DNA of 64,000 nt, taken from positions 248,001 through 312,000 of the forward strand of contig NGBS01000584.1 of NCBI GenBank assembly GCA_002245135.1, written 5' to 3'. Source of the stretch: Proteromonas lacertae (taxonomy: Eukaryota). Position numbers and translations under genes: made by a program. The notes beneath the pieces were generated by a model that was given only the letters and a program-made list of their open reading frames with translations, did not search any database and was not told where the DNA came from. The number at the start of each line of letters is the position of its first letter. The first letter of the stretch is position 1. This document shows positions 50,001 through 63,438 of the stretch, piece after piece.

Positions 50001-52697
50001 AATTTAATATCATTCTTTTGTGTATAAAAATAGGCATTTAAAAACTTCAAACATGTCATTTGATTCTCTACTTCATAACTATTAAATCGATCAATTAATA
50101 ATTCTTCTTGATTTACAGGAATAGTATTAAATGACCTATCAGCAATTTTCATTAAAATCATCCAATCACATAATAATTCAAGTGATTTTTCTGAATCTTC
50201 AATATTATCTTTATCAAATGGATGTAATACATTGTACAAGTATTCAATATCATTAATAAAGTCTTCATGTTTCTCATTGGATTCTATTTCTTGTTTTATC
50301 AAATAATGAATAATCGAAACGGCTTTCTGTTGTATTTCAGCAACTTTACATTTCATCAAATTAATTATTTCAGCAAGTACTAAATATCTATCTTTATATT
50401 TCATAAAAAATAAGAAGAAATCTTTACTAAGTATTGATTCAACAATAACTACTCCAAATTGATGCATTATTGAGAATAATTTTTCTCTTGATTGAAAAAA
50501 CTCACATGAGATTTTAAATATTTTTATATTACTCTTCTTATTAGAAGGAATGAATGGTATTATTCTACATAAACATAATCCATAGTAATATGATAGTGTT
50601 TTATCAAAACTTTGACTTGGATTTTTAATACTATTTTTATTCTCATCTGTATTCTTCAATTCTTCAAGTAATTCATCAAATAATGGATGTTTCATTAATA
50701 ATTCACAATTCTTAGTGTCTGAAGCATATTTTGATATACAAGAGAGTATAAGATATAAATAATAAATATGTGTTGTTTTAAGATAATATATAAACCATTT
50801 CATATAGATATCATCAATATTCCCTTCAAATTTATACTCTGGGAATGTATAACATAAAATAAATGAAAAATATTCTAACGAATTCATATCTAACTTTTCT
50901 AATTTATTGTATAATACATTAGCAATTGTAGTGATATCTTTTTTGGAATCAATTTCTGGTTTTACTATAATTATTCTTGTTATTATATATAATGTATATT
51001 GTATCAATTCTTCTTCAGTTTCATGTTCTTCTTCAGTTTTATTATTAAACAATTCATTCATATGTTGTACAATAAAATTAAACAAATCATCAGCTTGACA
51101 ATATAAATACCTTAGATTATTCTCTTCATAATATAAAAGTGATGAAATAGTCTTGATAATCAAAGATAAAGAAATGTTAGTATAGATATCTTCAATATGA
51201 TTGGCTATGTATAATATCTTATGAATAATATTGGTTGATATTAAATCATAGTTAGTAAATGGTATTTGAGCCAACATACATACATCTTGTAATTTTATTT
51301 CGGTATATTTTGGATCACAAATTGTCTCTGAACAATTGACAGTTGGGCAATTCACTACACATTTTAATGGATCGAAATTATAAAACTGAAAATGAATTAT
51401 TACAAATCTCAATGCCTTTCGAACATATAATAAATAAGAAAGTAATTCTGTTCTATCTTTCATTACATAAAGTGATGAGAAATTCTTTATTATCAAGTCC
51501 AATTCTAGTAATTTCTTCTCTAATACGATAGTATCACATTCTTTATTCTCTTTAATTGCATCCTTTGTATTGATTACTATTGTTTCAACTTCTTTCAATA
51601 TATCAATTTCATCAAATGACATTTCTTTAAACTTGATTATGGTTTGATGAGACCAAGTGATATATTCGTTACAAATATAGTCAGTTAATGGATAATATTT
51701 TGAATAGTATTTATCTACTTTATTATCTGATTCTTTATTATCATCAATATCAATTTCATTATGATCAATATCTTTAACAGGTTTAGAATATTCTTTATTC
51801 TCATTTTTTGATTTACTTTTTGATTTACCTTTTGACTTTATTTTCTTTTCATGTTTGTGAGGTGATGAAGATGAAGAAGATGCTGATAATGGTGTAGATA
51901 ATGATGGAGATGTAGTAACTTTAGCTATTTGAATTGATTGACTAAATTCATCATCATTTTCACATTCACAATCAAATGGTCTAAGTGTATTAAGAATATT
52001 ATATTTCTGAACAACATTCTGGTATTTAAACATCTTCTCACCAAAATTAGTTTCAATTTTACATCCATTTTGAGTAAATCCAACACATGGATAATATAAA
52101 GATCCTGCCATTATTATAGTTGTTAATTCCTTAACTTCATTTTCATAGGTAAATATAAACTCATTTGTATCATAACAATTACCACATCCAACAGTATCAC
52201 CTTCTTCTATTATTGATGCTTTCACTGGGAAATCATCTCCTAAATATATATGACCATCACTATTATGTCCGATTGTACCTTTAAATTGACCAGGTAATGA
52301 TTGAAATATACATTTACTATAATTTATATGATCTGGAATAAAACCAATTGATATATTCCCTTTCAACTTTAAGACTGTTACTTCATAATAATAGAAATAT
52401 CTCTTTGATAAATATGGTGGTCTATACAATATAATAAATATCATTATACTTTGGATTACTTCTAAGTTCAAATCTTATTTCAACAGGTGATTCATTATGA
52501 GTTATTTCATATATCAAAGTCTTTGGATTGATTGGTTTATTATTAATCTCTAATATCCTATCACATATTTGTATCTGATTAGTTGAAGCAGCATCACTCA
52601 TCTCATAATCACGAGAAGATCGAAATGAACTAATATATATACCTTCACTATTCTTCTTTGAACTACAACAACTATTATTGTTGGAATTGTCTTTGTC

Positions 52698-52732
<35 letters not shown>

Positions 52733-53399
52733 AGCAACAACAACAACAGGAACTGTATGGTCGTGACATTTTTACTGTAAAACCAAATGGATGTCTACCA
52801 AATAGAATTGTACGAGTTTCATTGTTACTATTACTGGTATTGACTTCATTTGTTAGATTTTTATTACATTTGTCATTCAACCATGTTTCTTTTTCGTTTG
52901 AAAATACTGATGCAAATATGTGAGATAGACATATATTACATATGTTCATTCTACAGGTTGAAATTTGTGGAAATATCCATTTTTCTTTACAACAGCATTT
53001 GCAAAAACTATTTTCACATGATCTACAATTAACTAATTGAATAATAACATTAACATTATCATACTAATATCGTTTGACTTAATCAACTGCTGTGGACAAT
53101 TAAGACATCTTTCATCTAATGGACATAATAAAGTCTCGCTATTTAGTTTATTAGAAGTAAGTTACAATACCATTCACTGTATGTACCAAAGAATTTGAAG
53201 AAATTGAAGAGTGGAGATGCTGTAATGATACACTTTCTAAAGATGTATAAAAATATAATATAAATGTATATTTACTGTTGACCATGTGACAAGCTATAGA
53301 GAAATAAACAAAAAGAATATAATACCCTTTGGAAACAATTGTTGTTTCATTATCTATGTCTATATAATCGAATTTTTTCCACTGCAAATGTTGAAACAT
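47043..53399 (-). CDS. Very large multidomain protein: FYVE-like zinc finger - PDZ - SPRY - ARM-like - LRR - CHAT-like
   Basis: Spliced CLNC..NCRSCENSFCKCC..ICNIC; PDZ (PFGFTV..GIYIS..IQICDRILEIN); SPRY (FYYYEVTV..SIGF..GDTVGCG..YPCVG..NFG); LRRs; VAFLYSRPLV..CEVLHIFAR. Stop at 47043 if the last GTATAG..ATAG intron is spliced, otherwise 47051. Confidence 0.68.
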
Positions 53400-53556
53400 T
53401 TCTCAAGAATAGAAAAACTAAAAAAAAAAACTACTTCTCAAGCCTGAAATTTAATGGCTTGACTTTGTAAACTTTTAACTGAATGATAATCATTTATAAA
53501 ACACATCTAAATACATCATAATTATTAAATATAATGATTATTCTTTAAAAGAAATG

Positions 53557-54855
53557 TTATAATTGAGTAATAGCTTCTTCTATTTTCAATCTTTTACTTG
53601 GATTCCAATGTAGCAAACCTTCAATAATCTTTAAAATATTAGATGGACCTACTACATTCGAATACAATAACTTCTTTCTAACTGAATATTGAATGATTTC
53701 ATAAATATTCCTAAATGGCAATTCAAAGTTATAAAGATAATGTATTATAACCCCATAAGTCCAAATAATACTTTGTTGTTGAGATATATAACTAGAAATA
53801 AATTTCTCAGGAGGATAATACAAATAATTCTTTTTGCCATTATATGAAAGTGGATCAATTATAATAACATCGTCATACAAATATAATGAAGAAGCAGTAA
53901 TATCATTTATCTTTAAATTGTCTTGTACTATTGCTCCATTCAATAAAGTTCCAATTTCTATTATATATTGCTTGAAAGTAACTAAATCCACTTCAGTTTG
54001 ATTATTCCGTTTTGCTGTATTGATTAATAATTCAAAATTAGATTCTGGAAATGAATCTTGTATTATGAATAATAACTCTTTATGATATATAATATCTATT
54101 ACATTAATAAAACGTTTATAATTATTTATTGCACCTATCATTACTTTCATTTCATTTACTTCTGATAATAATATATACTGAGGTATTACTTTTAGATTAT
54201 ATTTTTCATTTTTAAAGTCTTTACATACTTTCACTATTTCATACTGTTTACATTCTTGTGATGCTAAACTGGATATACTTTTGGTTATTATGTAATTATG
54301 AAGACATGAATAATGGGGTAGTTTTGATCTTATATGTGTAAATGATATTGAATCTAAATCTGTATTTGTATTATTACTATTTAAATCATTCAATAATTGA
54401 TTCCTTAACTTTTGTCTTGCTTTTTTACCTCTATATTGTCTTTGTAGGAATAATACTACTTTAATTCTTTGAAGTAATTTAGCTCTTTCATTCTCTGGAG
54501 GAGGATTAAGGCATCTATCTAACTCCTACGAATAAACAACATATAATTATTTTATATACTTCTTTAGTTAATTCTAGTTCTGTTTGCAATCTTTTAATAT
54601 TCTGTTGCAAGTATAAGAACATCATTTTTGACTTTGTGATATCATCCTCATCAAATTCATAGTCAACAGATAAATCACAAAATTTCTATATATTATACAA
54701 CAAAATATTACTTTAAAGTTAATAGCAGATAAAACATTCACTTTTGGTCCTTCACTCAATAATTTTTGTAGCTTTTTATTGTCTACAACATAACTGTTGT
54801 CAGTGTTAGTCTCAACACTCACTTGAGTTACTTCTTCCTCCTCTTCTTCTTCCAT
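53557..54855 (-). CDS. IQ-motif protein with a degenerate kinase domain
   Basis: Spliced acidic N-terminus, IQ-like VLFLQRQYRGKKARQKL, kinase remnants YYPPE, IWTYGV..LPF, LLHWNPSKR. No HRD or DFG. Confidence 0.7.
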
Positions 54856-54971
54856 TTATAAAAATAATATTCGTTTTGAAAGTAATATTTTTCTGTTTTA
54901 TTCAAAATCCATCAAACAAACAAGAATAATAATATCATTTTAAATTTAATTATATTAATATAAAATGTAAT

Positions 54972-57891
54972 CTAATCAAATTTCTTATCCATAAACAACA
55001 TAAATCTATTTGCATATGGAAAGGGAGGTTGACAGGATATTCCACGTCTATCAAAAGCAAATGATTTAAAGAACAATTCACCTCTCTTATAATTATCATA
55101 TTTAATCAAAGTATCAATAACACCAAAGAAATAGATATGTTTCTTATCACTAGATAATAATCCACCACTATCTCTTTGATAAAATGGAACTCCAGGTATT
55201 TTCTTCACTGATTTTGTAAATGGTTGTTCTCTATTATGAACACCAACTAATAAACTATAATCTATTATACTATGTGATGCTAAGAAATCAGTATCAGCTT
55301 TTAATTGGTTAATTAATGTTGTTTTTAAAGCAGGTCCTACATGAAATGGTTCTTCAACATCTAAATCTTTCAATGCAATATTTGGATTCTTTTCACCTTT
55401 AGTAAATCTACCAACCCAAGAACCTTTCAAATCATATTTCCAATGTATATCATAAGGAGTATTGAATAAATTCCCCATCACTACAAAATATATTCTTTTA
55501 CCACCAGTTTTATGTTTTGAAAATCTCATTTGATGTGCACCCATGTAATGGATTAATAGTGTATCTTTATTAGTTAATATATGACTATAATAATCTTGCA
55601 ATGTTCTTCTCAACAATATATGTTCACCATGACTCACTGTTTTTACCATATATTTGCCATCTCTTGTATAATAGAAAAATGAACCACTTTTACCTTCAGA
55701 ACATAATTCAGATAATGAAGTTAAATCACCTCTCATCAAACCTTCCAATAACTGTTGTGGACCAATTGATTGTAAATATTCATTTGCAGAAACTCTCCAA
55801 TGTTCTCTTAACTTCTTAAACACCATTGGAGCATAATCTACAAATCTACAAACTGGCTGTTCTTCTTCACCTTCTATCCTTGGTGGAACAATTGAGAATT
55901 TTTCTTTCATTGTGTAATCATCTCTTTCTAACGGACGATCTGCTTCAGCAGCAGTTCTACTAACAGCTAATCGAATACCATTCATTAGATTCAATACCAT
56001 ATTCCAACTCTCATGTCCAAAATCTATTATCATTCCTTGGGATTGTGACATTGATCTTGTTTCATTATCTTTTCCTTCTTCTAATACTTCATTATTGTTG
56101 TTATAATTGTTTATATCTGATGGTAATTGTGGTTCATCCATTGCTACATCATCAACTTTTAAATGAAGTGAAGATATCACATCATCTGGATTAAAATGAA
56201 GTGAGGCAATTTGATTATTTGTTATTGTTTCTGTATCTTCTGGTAATTCACCATACAGTATTCGATTAATTATTTTCTGCATATTATCAACTCTATCCAT
56301 TAACATTAACTGTTGTTTAGCTGCTTTTTTCAGTAAATCATTTAAATCATTTTGTACTGTTTTATATTTTTCTATTATTCTATCTTTTTCTCTACTTGAT
56401 TTCTTTGATCTTATTTTTGTTGTGGTGGATGTTGTTCCTGTTACTTCTGATGTTAATGCTTGAGTTTGTTGATTTGCATTTTCATCTAATTTTGTTGGAG
56501 TTTCTAATATTGCTGATGGCAAGTCCTTATCTGCTGGATTTGGCGTTTTTCTGTGCTTATGTTTATGATGTTTTGGTGTTGTTGTTATTATATTATTACT
56601 GTTTTCTTTAATAATTGTAGTAGTTGTAGTAGTTGTAGTAGTAGTAGTTGTTGTTGTTGTTGTATCTGTATTATCAGCTGAGACTGTAGGTATTTCTGTG
56701 TTGGTTATTGGCGGTGGAACTTTCACATTACTATTATTATTATTATTATTATCAGTATTTACTTCAACTTCATCAATATTTACCATGGTTGTAGTATTAT
56801 CATTTGTTGAAGTTACAATTGTTGTTATATTTTTATTATTCACTTTCACAGGCGATGTTGATGTTGAATTTACATTAAAACCATCACTTGCAGTAGAAAC
56901 ACCAACTGAAGTAGAAACACTATTTAAATATGATTTTGAAGCATTAGATGTATCTCTCACTATATCCTTTAAATTACTAACTAAAGACTTTTTAACTGAT
57001 AATCTTCTTTGTTTTTTATCATCATCTAACATTGTTAAACTGTCATTCAATATTCTTGCTGTGATTGAGACATCTCTCATTGATATTTTCAATGTTTCTG
57101 ATATTTGAATTAATGCTTTTGATTTATCAAAATCTCCTTCTATTATATAACTTGGATCTGTACTTGGATTGACATTTACATTGCTATTCATTAAACGTAA
57201 TATATCTGGATATTTAGATGTAGCTATTTTGAAATCTTCAAAATTGAACTTTCCATCATTATTCATATCTATCAAAGCAAAAGATTTCTACTTCAAAAAA
57301 TATATAATGATATATGTAAATACTTTTATATACTCATCAGATGCTTTACTTTCAATTGATCCTGTTAATGATACCATTATCTGTGCAACTGATTTTATCA
57401 TTATTGCCCATTCTTCATATGTAATATAACCACTTCTATCCATATCTAATAATCGAAAAGAAAATCTCATCTTTTCATCTTCTGTTCCTCTTGTCATAAT
57501 ATGAAGTGATGTAATATAATCTTCAAAAGTTAGAGCTTCTACATTTTTTACATCAAATGCATTAAAATATAAATCACACAATGCTGATTTCTTAACATAA
57601 CCAATTAATCCCATACATTTCCTAAAACCATTTCTATACCAAGCATAAATTATGATTAAAAAATAATACACATCAATGGTCATATCTGGTCGACATCTTT
57701 TAATAAAATTATTGTAGTATAGTCTTATCTCTTCGATTGAGAATTTAGTTTTTTCCTAAAACAAACGTATGCATTATATATAATACTGATAGTGCAACCA
57801 TTTCAGATGGAATAACATCTCCTTTCTTGATAGATTTGATTGTTGAACTAATTCTATCCAGTAGAGTTGAAGCAAAATACCTGCTTGACAT
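54972..57891 (-). CDS. Phosphatidylinositol-4-phosphate 5-kinase with N-terminal NCS/frequenin-like EF-hands
   Basis: KTKFSIEEIRLYYNNFIKRC, FNAFDV..TFEDY, RGTEDEKMRFSFRLLDMDRSGYITYEE, DMNNDGKFNFEDF. PIPK core DYAPMVF, GKSGSFFY, YDLKGS, LKDLD, DYSLLVG, GVIDTL. Confidence 0.9.
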
Positions 57892-58241
57892 TATTTCAAC
57901 AATATATTTCAGTTGTATCAAAAATTAAGTTTAAAAAGTTGCAAAATAATTCAGTATAGCGAAGAAAGAAAAATACACTTCAAATACACTCCTTTTTTAA
58001 TTTGTGATAAAATTAGAATATGTAATGTACTTTGTTAGATAATTGTTGTAAAGGTATTTTTGATGAGAGGAAAGCAAAAGAAGTAATTAAAACCTAAACT
58101 CATAAAATTAACACTAAATATGATATTATTATATATGAAATTAAATAAGGCAAATCTTATTTTTGTTATTACATTAACAGATAATGAGCAATGTGAAAAT
58201 GAAATAAATAGAAACGAATCTATTTTTTGAATAATTTTAAA

Positions 58242-58823
58242 ATGGGTGCTTCTCAATCATTAGGCTTCGATGATCCTGATATGCTTGAAAAAGAAACACC
58301 AATTGCTGTATATTTTTTCATTATACAATGAAAATAGATCAGTGAGCAACTTGTTAACAGATTAACAGGACAAGAGGATAAAGAAGTAGAGTATATGATA
58401 TTAGAATAATATAATTATAGTTTATGTTATGATGAGGAGACTCGCCGTGCAACATATGAAAGAGTATAGTTTTTTGGATTTTTATCTATCTTATAGGGTA
58501 GAAATGATATGAGAGAAGAAATAAAAGAGTGGATGGAAAATAGCTCATCAGATGTGGATGATGAGTTAGAATTCTTCGGTGCTTTAGCTGCAGATAATAA
58601 AACCCATAAAGAACAAATGAAAAAAGAAAATCAAGAATTGCAAAAATCAATTCAGATGGAAATGAGGAAGAAAAAGCATCATGAATCAAAAATACGTCAA
58701 TCTTCATTAAAATGTGAAAATGCTTTGCAAGATATACTAAATTGTTATGATGAACATAATAACAACATTATGGAATGTCAATTTCTAGCAGAATCGTATA
58801 AATTATGTACATCCTCTTTCTAA
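58242..58823 (+). CDS. Mic19/CHCHD3-like MICOS subunit
   Basis: Spliced MGASQS (myristoylation-type start), ISEQLVNRL, coiled coil, twin CX9C (CENALQDILNC; CQFLAESYKLC). Confidence 0.65.
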
Positions 58824-58930
58824 TTTATTATTTTTTTTCTTTAATTATTTAATAGATTGAATAAACCATAATGAAATAAATAAATAGTAGATAAATGTAA
58901 AACATTGCTTGCAGAGAATAAAAGTCGATT

Positions 58931-58940
58931 GGCGCGAAAA
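58931..58940 (-). promoter_or_regulatory. E2F-like site (TTTTCGCGCC on the minus strand) upstream of RAD50
   Basis: GGCGCGAAAA about 64 nt before the RAD50 ATG. Confidence 0.6.
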
Positions 58941-59003
58941 ATTCCAATTCAAAAATTTTCTCTTCATCTCTTCAACTATTGAATTTATAATTATTATTGA
59001 AAT

Positions 59004-61633
59004 ATGTCCTCAATTAATAAGCTACAAATAAGCGGCATAAGAAGTTTCAAGCCTGATAAAGAAAGTACTATTAAATTCTTTCATCCTTTCACTTTGATCA
59101 TTGGTCCAAATGGTTCCGGCAAAACAACAATTATTGAATCATTATTAGCTGCTACTACAGGAGAATTTCCTGCTAATTGTCCAAAAAAGAAGGTATCATA
59201 ATTACATGTTATTCAACAGGGGTTTCTACATGATCACAAGCTATATGAATCAGCCACAGTGCCAGCTAAAGCAAAACTCCAATTTGAAGGAGTAAATAAT
59301 CACACTTACACCTGTTTGAGGAATTGGAAGAGTGAACACAAGCGAGACAACGCAGAACCATCTCTATCAAGTGTAGGTTCATCCTTAAAAGATGAAACTG
59401 ATGATGTATTGTTTAATTATTCTAAAATTTCATAGAAAAGCATAGATACACGTTGTGCTGAATTAGATGATTTGATTCCTAGTCTATTAGGAGTATCTAA
59501 AGCCATATTAACCAATGTAATTTTTTGCCATCAAGAAGATTCAACTTGGCCATTTCAGGATAGTACTGTAGTAAAGAAGAAATTTGATGCAATATTTGAA
59601 TCAGATAAATACACCAAAGCAATAGATGAATTTAAGAAGGAGAAGAAGAAATTAGTATAATAATTATCATATTTATGTTATGTATAATAGAATGATAGTG
59701 CTATAGAGTATCAGAATCAATATATAGCAGCTAGGGAGATATTCAACACTGTCATTGATATAAAAAATGAAATAAAAAAAGATGAGGAAATCATATCCAA
59801 TGAAGATAATGATTTAAAAGTAGAAGAAGGATTACTGTTGGAAAAAACAAAGAAATACGATGAAATGATAGAAGTATTTGAAAGTTATAATAAAGCAATA
59901 GTAGATACAGGTAAACTAGAAGGTGAATTAAAATCATGTTTACAGCATATTGAAGAAAAGAAAAATGAAATAACAAACTTATATACTAAAGAAAGTGATT
60001 TAGAGTTGAAGAAACTATTAGAAAGTCAAGAATCATTGAAAATGCAATTGCAGAAAGGAATTGACAAGAAGCAGAAAGAGTTTGAAAACTATAAGAATGA
60101 ATTGAATAAAAAGACAAAGTATTTATTATTAATAATTATTTATTTTTATATTATAGTGAGTTTAATGATAATGAAAAGAATATAGCCATAATTAAACAAA
60201 AGATTTATAATATCAATGAAAGAAAGGAAGAATTAGAGAAGAATATAAAGAGTATTTGTGAAAAGTGTAATATCAGATATGAATACAATAAACTCAGTGA
60301 AATAATATCAAAATTAGAAATTGAATTGAAAAAGAAGAAAGAGGAAATACAGAATGAAGTAAAATCAGTAGAAAAAGAAGCAAATTCAAAGAAAGAAGGT
60401 TTAGTAAAGGAAAGATTAAGAATTGAACAGTTAAAACAAAATTCAAATAACTTAATAAAACCATTACAAAATAATATAAACGCTTTAGAAAATGAAAATA
60501 AAAAGATGAAAAGTGAATTGAATAGTTGTGAAAGAAACAGTAAAATCGCTGACTTGAATAAAATCAATCAACAAATAGAAGATTGTCAAAAATATATCAA
60601 TAAAACGAATATAGAAGAATTAGAGAATGATTCTAAAAGATTTGAAAATGAAATTCAACAGTTGAATAAAATGATCAAAGAAATGGAAATAAAGAAAAAA
60701 GATTTTGATAAATTTCAAACACTCAATACAAAGATTGACTTTTTAGATGATAATTTAAAGAAAAAACAAAAACAATTAACAGATATATTAGAAAAACAAA
60801 AGTCTAAATTTGAAGAATTAGATATACCCGCTTATTCAGTAGAAGCAATAGTAAATGAATATCAAACCACTCGTACTAGTATTGAAACAGAATTGAATGA
60901 AATTGAATCAAAAATGAACAGGTTAAAAGTGGATAAAAGAGATGTTGATATTAAATATGACACTGTAGCAAAAGAATTGAAAAACAAGAAAAATGAGAAT
61001 GATGGAATATTTGATGATTTGAAAAGATTATTTAAAGAATGTGTATATTAATTATTCTATTTATATTATAATAGAATATGAGTGATAATGATATAGATAT
61101 ATATTATGACAAAATGAATGAATTACGTCAAAATATTAAGAAAATTAACAGTGATATTGATGTTTATAGAAATATGAGAAAAGTGCTACAAGGTCAAATG
61201 AAGAAAGGATGTACAAATAAATGCTGTCCATTGTGTGAGAGATCAATGACAAATGAAGAGATGAATAAAGTATATATATATATATATTAATAAATATTAT
61301 TTTAATAGTTTAAAACCTCAGTGGAAGGAAAGATTCAAGATCCACGAATAGATGAAAAGATACAGCAACATCAACAGAAATTAAAAGAATTAGAAGAGAT
61401 AGTACAGAAGTTAGATAATAACTATGATAGTGCAAGAAGATTGCATGATATAAAGAATGAAATACCTGACTTGGAAGAAAGAGAAAAAGAGTTTAAACAA
61501 CAAGTGAAAGAGTTTCAAAAGAAATTAGAAGAATTAAACAATCAACAGGATGAGATTAATAAGAAATACACTAAAGTTTTAGATGTAAAAGCAGTTATAC
61601 AAATATTATCACAGACAATAAGAGAAGTAGAAG

Positions 61634-61665
<32 letters not shown>

Positions 61666-62518
61666 TTCATTTAGGATTTACAACATGAGAAATCAAAATG
61701 TAAAAGTGAATTTAAACTAAAAGGTGTAAATACTGATGAAATAGAATCACTTACTGAAAAACTACAAAATTCAATTGATAGAAGAAATGAATTAACTCAA
61801 AAGAAGATGAGTACTTTAGAATCAATGAATAACATAAATACAACAATACAACAATATACACAGAAAATGAGTAGATGTAAAGAAACAAGAGATTTAATAG
61901 TTGAAAATACAAAGAAAAAGAATGAATATGAGGTAAAAATAAAAGAAAATAAAGAAAAGATGGATAAATACGTTGAAGAGATTAAGAAATATGAAAATGA
62001 GAATAAGAATGTTGATGAGAATTATGTAAAGATAAAACAGAAAGAAAATGAGTTGAATCAAATATGGAATAAGAAAATAGAAGAAGTGAAAGTGAAAGAA
62101 AAAGAGATTGATAAAGTGTATTATCAATTCAAGAATATCTCTGTATATTTTAATCACTTATTTATATATTAATAGTCAACTAACCAATCATATGATTCAA
62201 AGACGTTAAACCTAGAATTAGATCAACTGACGGAAAATACACAAAAGATAAATCAAAAGAAAAAAGAGATTTCTGATAATATAAAAACTTGCACTGAACA
62301 ATTGAAGAGTTTAGATGAGAATTTAGCTAGTTTCAATGAAGAATTTGTTCAAATAAAAAAGAATTTACAATACAGAGATTGTCTTCATAAAGCTGATGAT
62401 ATTAGAAGTAAAATTAACAAAATCAATGAATCTTTACCAAAATCAATATCAGTTGATAATTATTCAGAACAAATACAGAATATGAGGAATGAAATTGATG
62501 AAATACAAAAAATGTATT

Positions 62519-62571
<53 letters not shown>

Positions 62572-63345
62572 TAAGTGAAAAACGTGGAAGTATCAGTGCA
62601 ATTCAAAGAAAAATAGATGAAAACAACAAAAAGCTTAAAGATTCAAGATATAAGAACATTGAAGATAGATTGTGTGATTTATTAATAAAGAAAGATACTT
62701 GTCGAATGACAATTGAAGATGTTGAAATTACTATGAAAACTATCAATGATGCATTAATCGAATATCACACTCGCAAAATATTAGAAATAAATGAAAGAAT
62801 CAGTGAATTATGGAAACAGACTTATAGCGGTGAAGATATAGATACAATTCGAATTGTAGCAGAAGCGACTAATGCAAGCGGTAGAAGTACTAAGAATTAT
62901 AATTATCATATTGAAATGGAAAAATGTGGTACAACTATGCCAATGAGAGGTAGATGTTCAGCTGGTCAGAAAATGTTAGGTTCTATTGTAATTAGATTGG
63001 CCTTAGCAGAAGCATTTTCATTAGAATGTGGTGTAATGGTGTTGGATGAACCTACTACTTCACTTGATTATGCCAATAAGGTATATTTTAATTAATTTCA
63101 TTATTTATGAATAGCAAGCTGTTGCTCAAGCTTTGATTGATTTAGTCAAGACTAGAAGAGAGCAAAGTAACTTCCAATTGATTTGTATTACTCACGATGA
63201 TGAATTTGGAAGAACATTACTAAGAGATCCAAATGTAGGTAGATTAACTGATGGTAAATACTATAGAATATGTAGAGAAGCTGTTCCTGATAGACCAGAG
63301 TATTTCATTAGTTCAATTGTTTCACAAACTGATGATTCTTATTAA
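59004..63345 (+). CDS. RAD50: DNA repair protein RAD50
   Basis: [21 protein letters not shown], zinc hook [28 protein letters not shown]. Multi-exon. Confidence 0.96.
62522..62564. repeat. Intronic (TA)n microsatellite
   Basis: About 21 TA units inside a RAD50 intron. Similar tracts near 8372, 28575, 29446, 61272 and 61634. Confidence 0.9.
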
Positions 63346-63438
63346 TTTTTTCATAAATATTCATTACAGATATATGTTTTTTATAAAAATATTTATTTTA
63401 CAACACATATCAGGATTAAATAATTACATAAATACTAA

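Noticed and set aside
52698..52748. (ATT)n/(CAA)n tracts, also near 56615-56662 and 19307-19323
   Set aside because: Coding low-complexity runs (poly-Asn, Cys, Thr, Gln); not CRISPR or regulatory arrays.
57892..58241. Possible ncRNA in the 350-nt divergent intergenic region (contains TGATGA)
   Set aside because: No box D or terminal stem found; the 73-aa antisense ORF is unconvincing.
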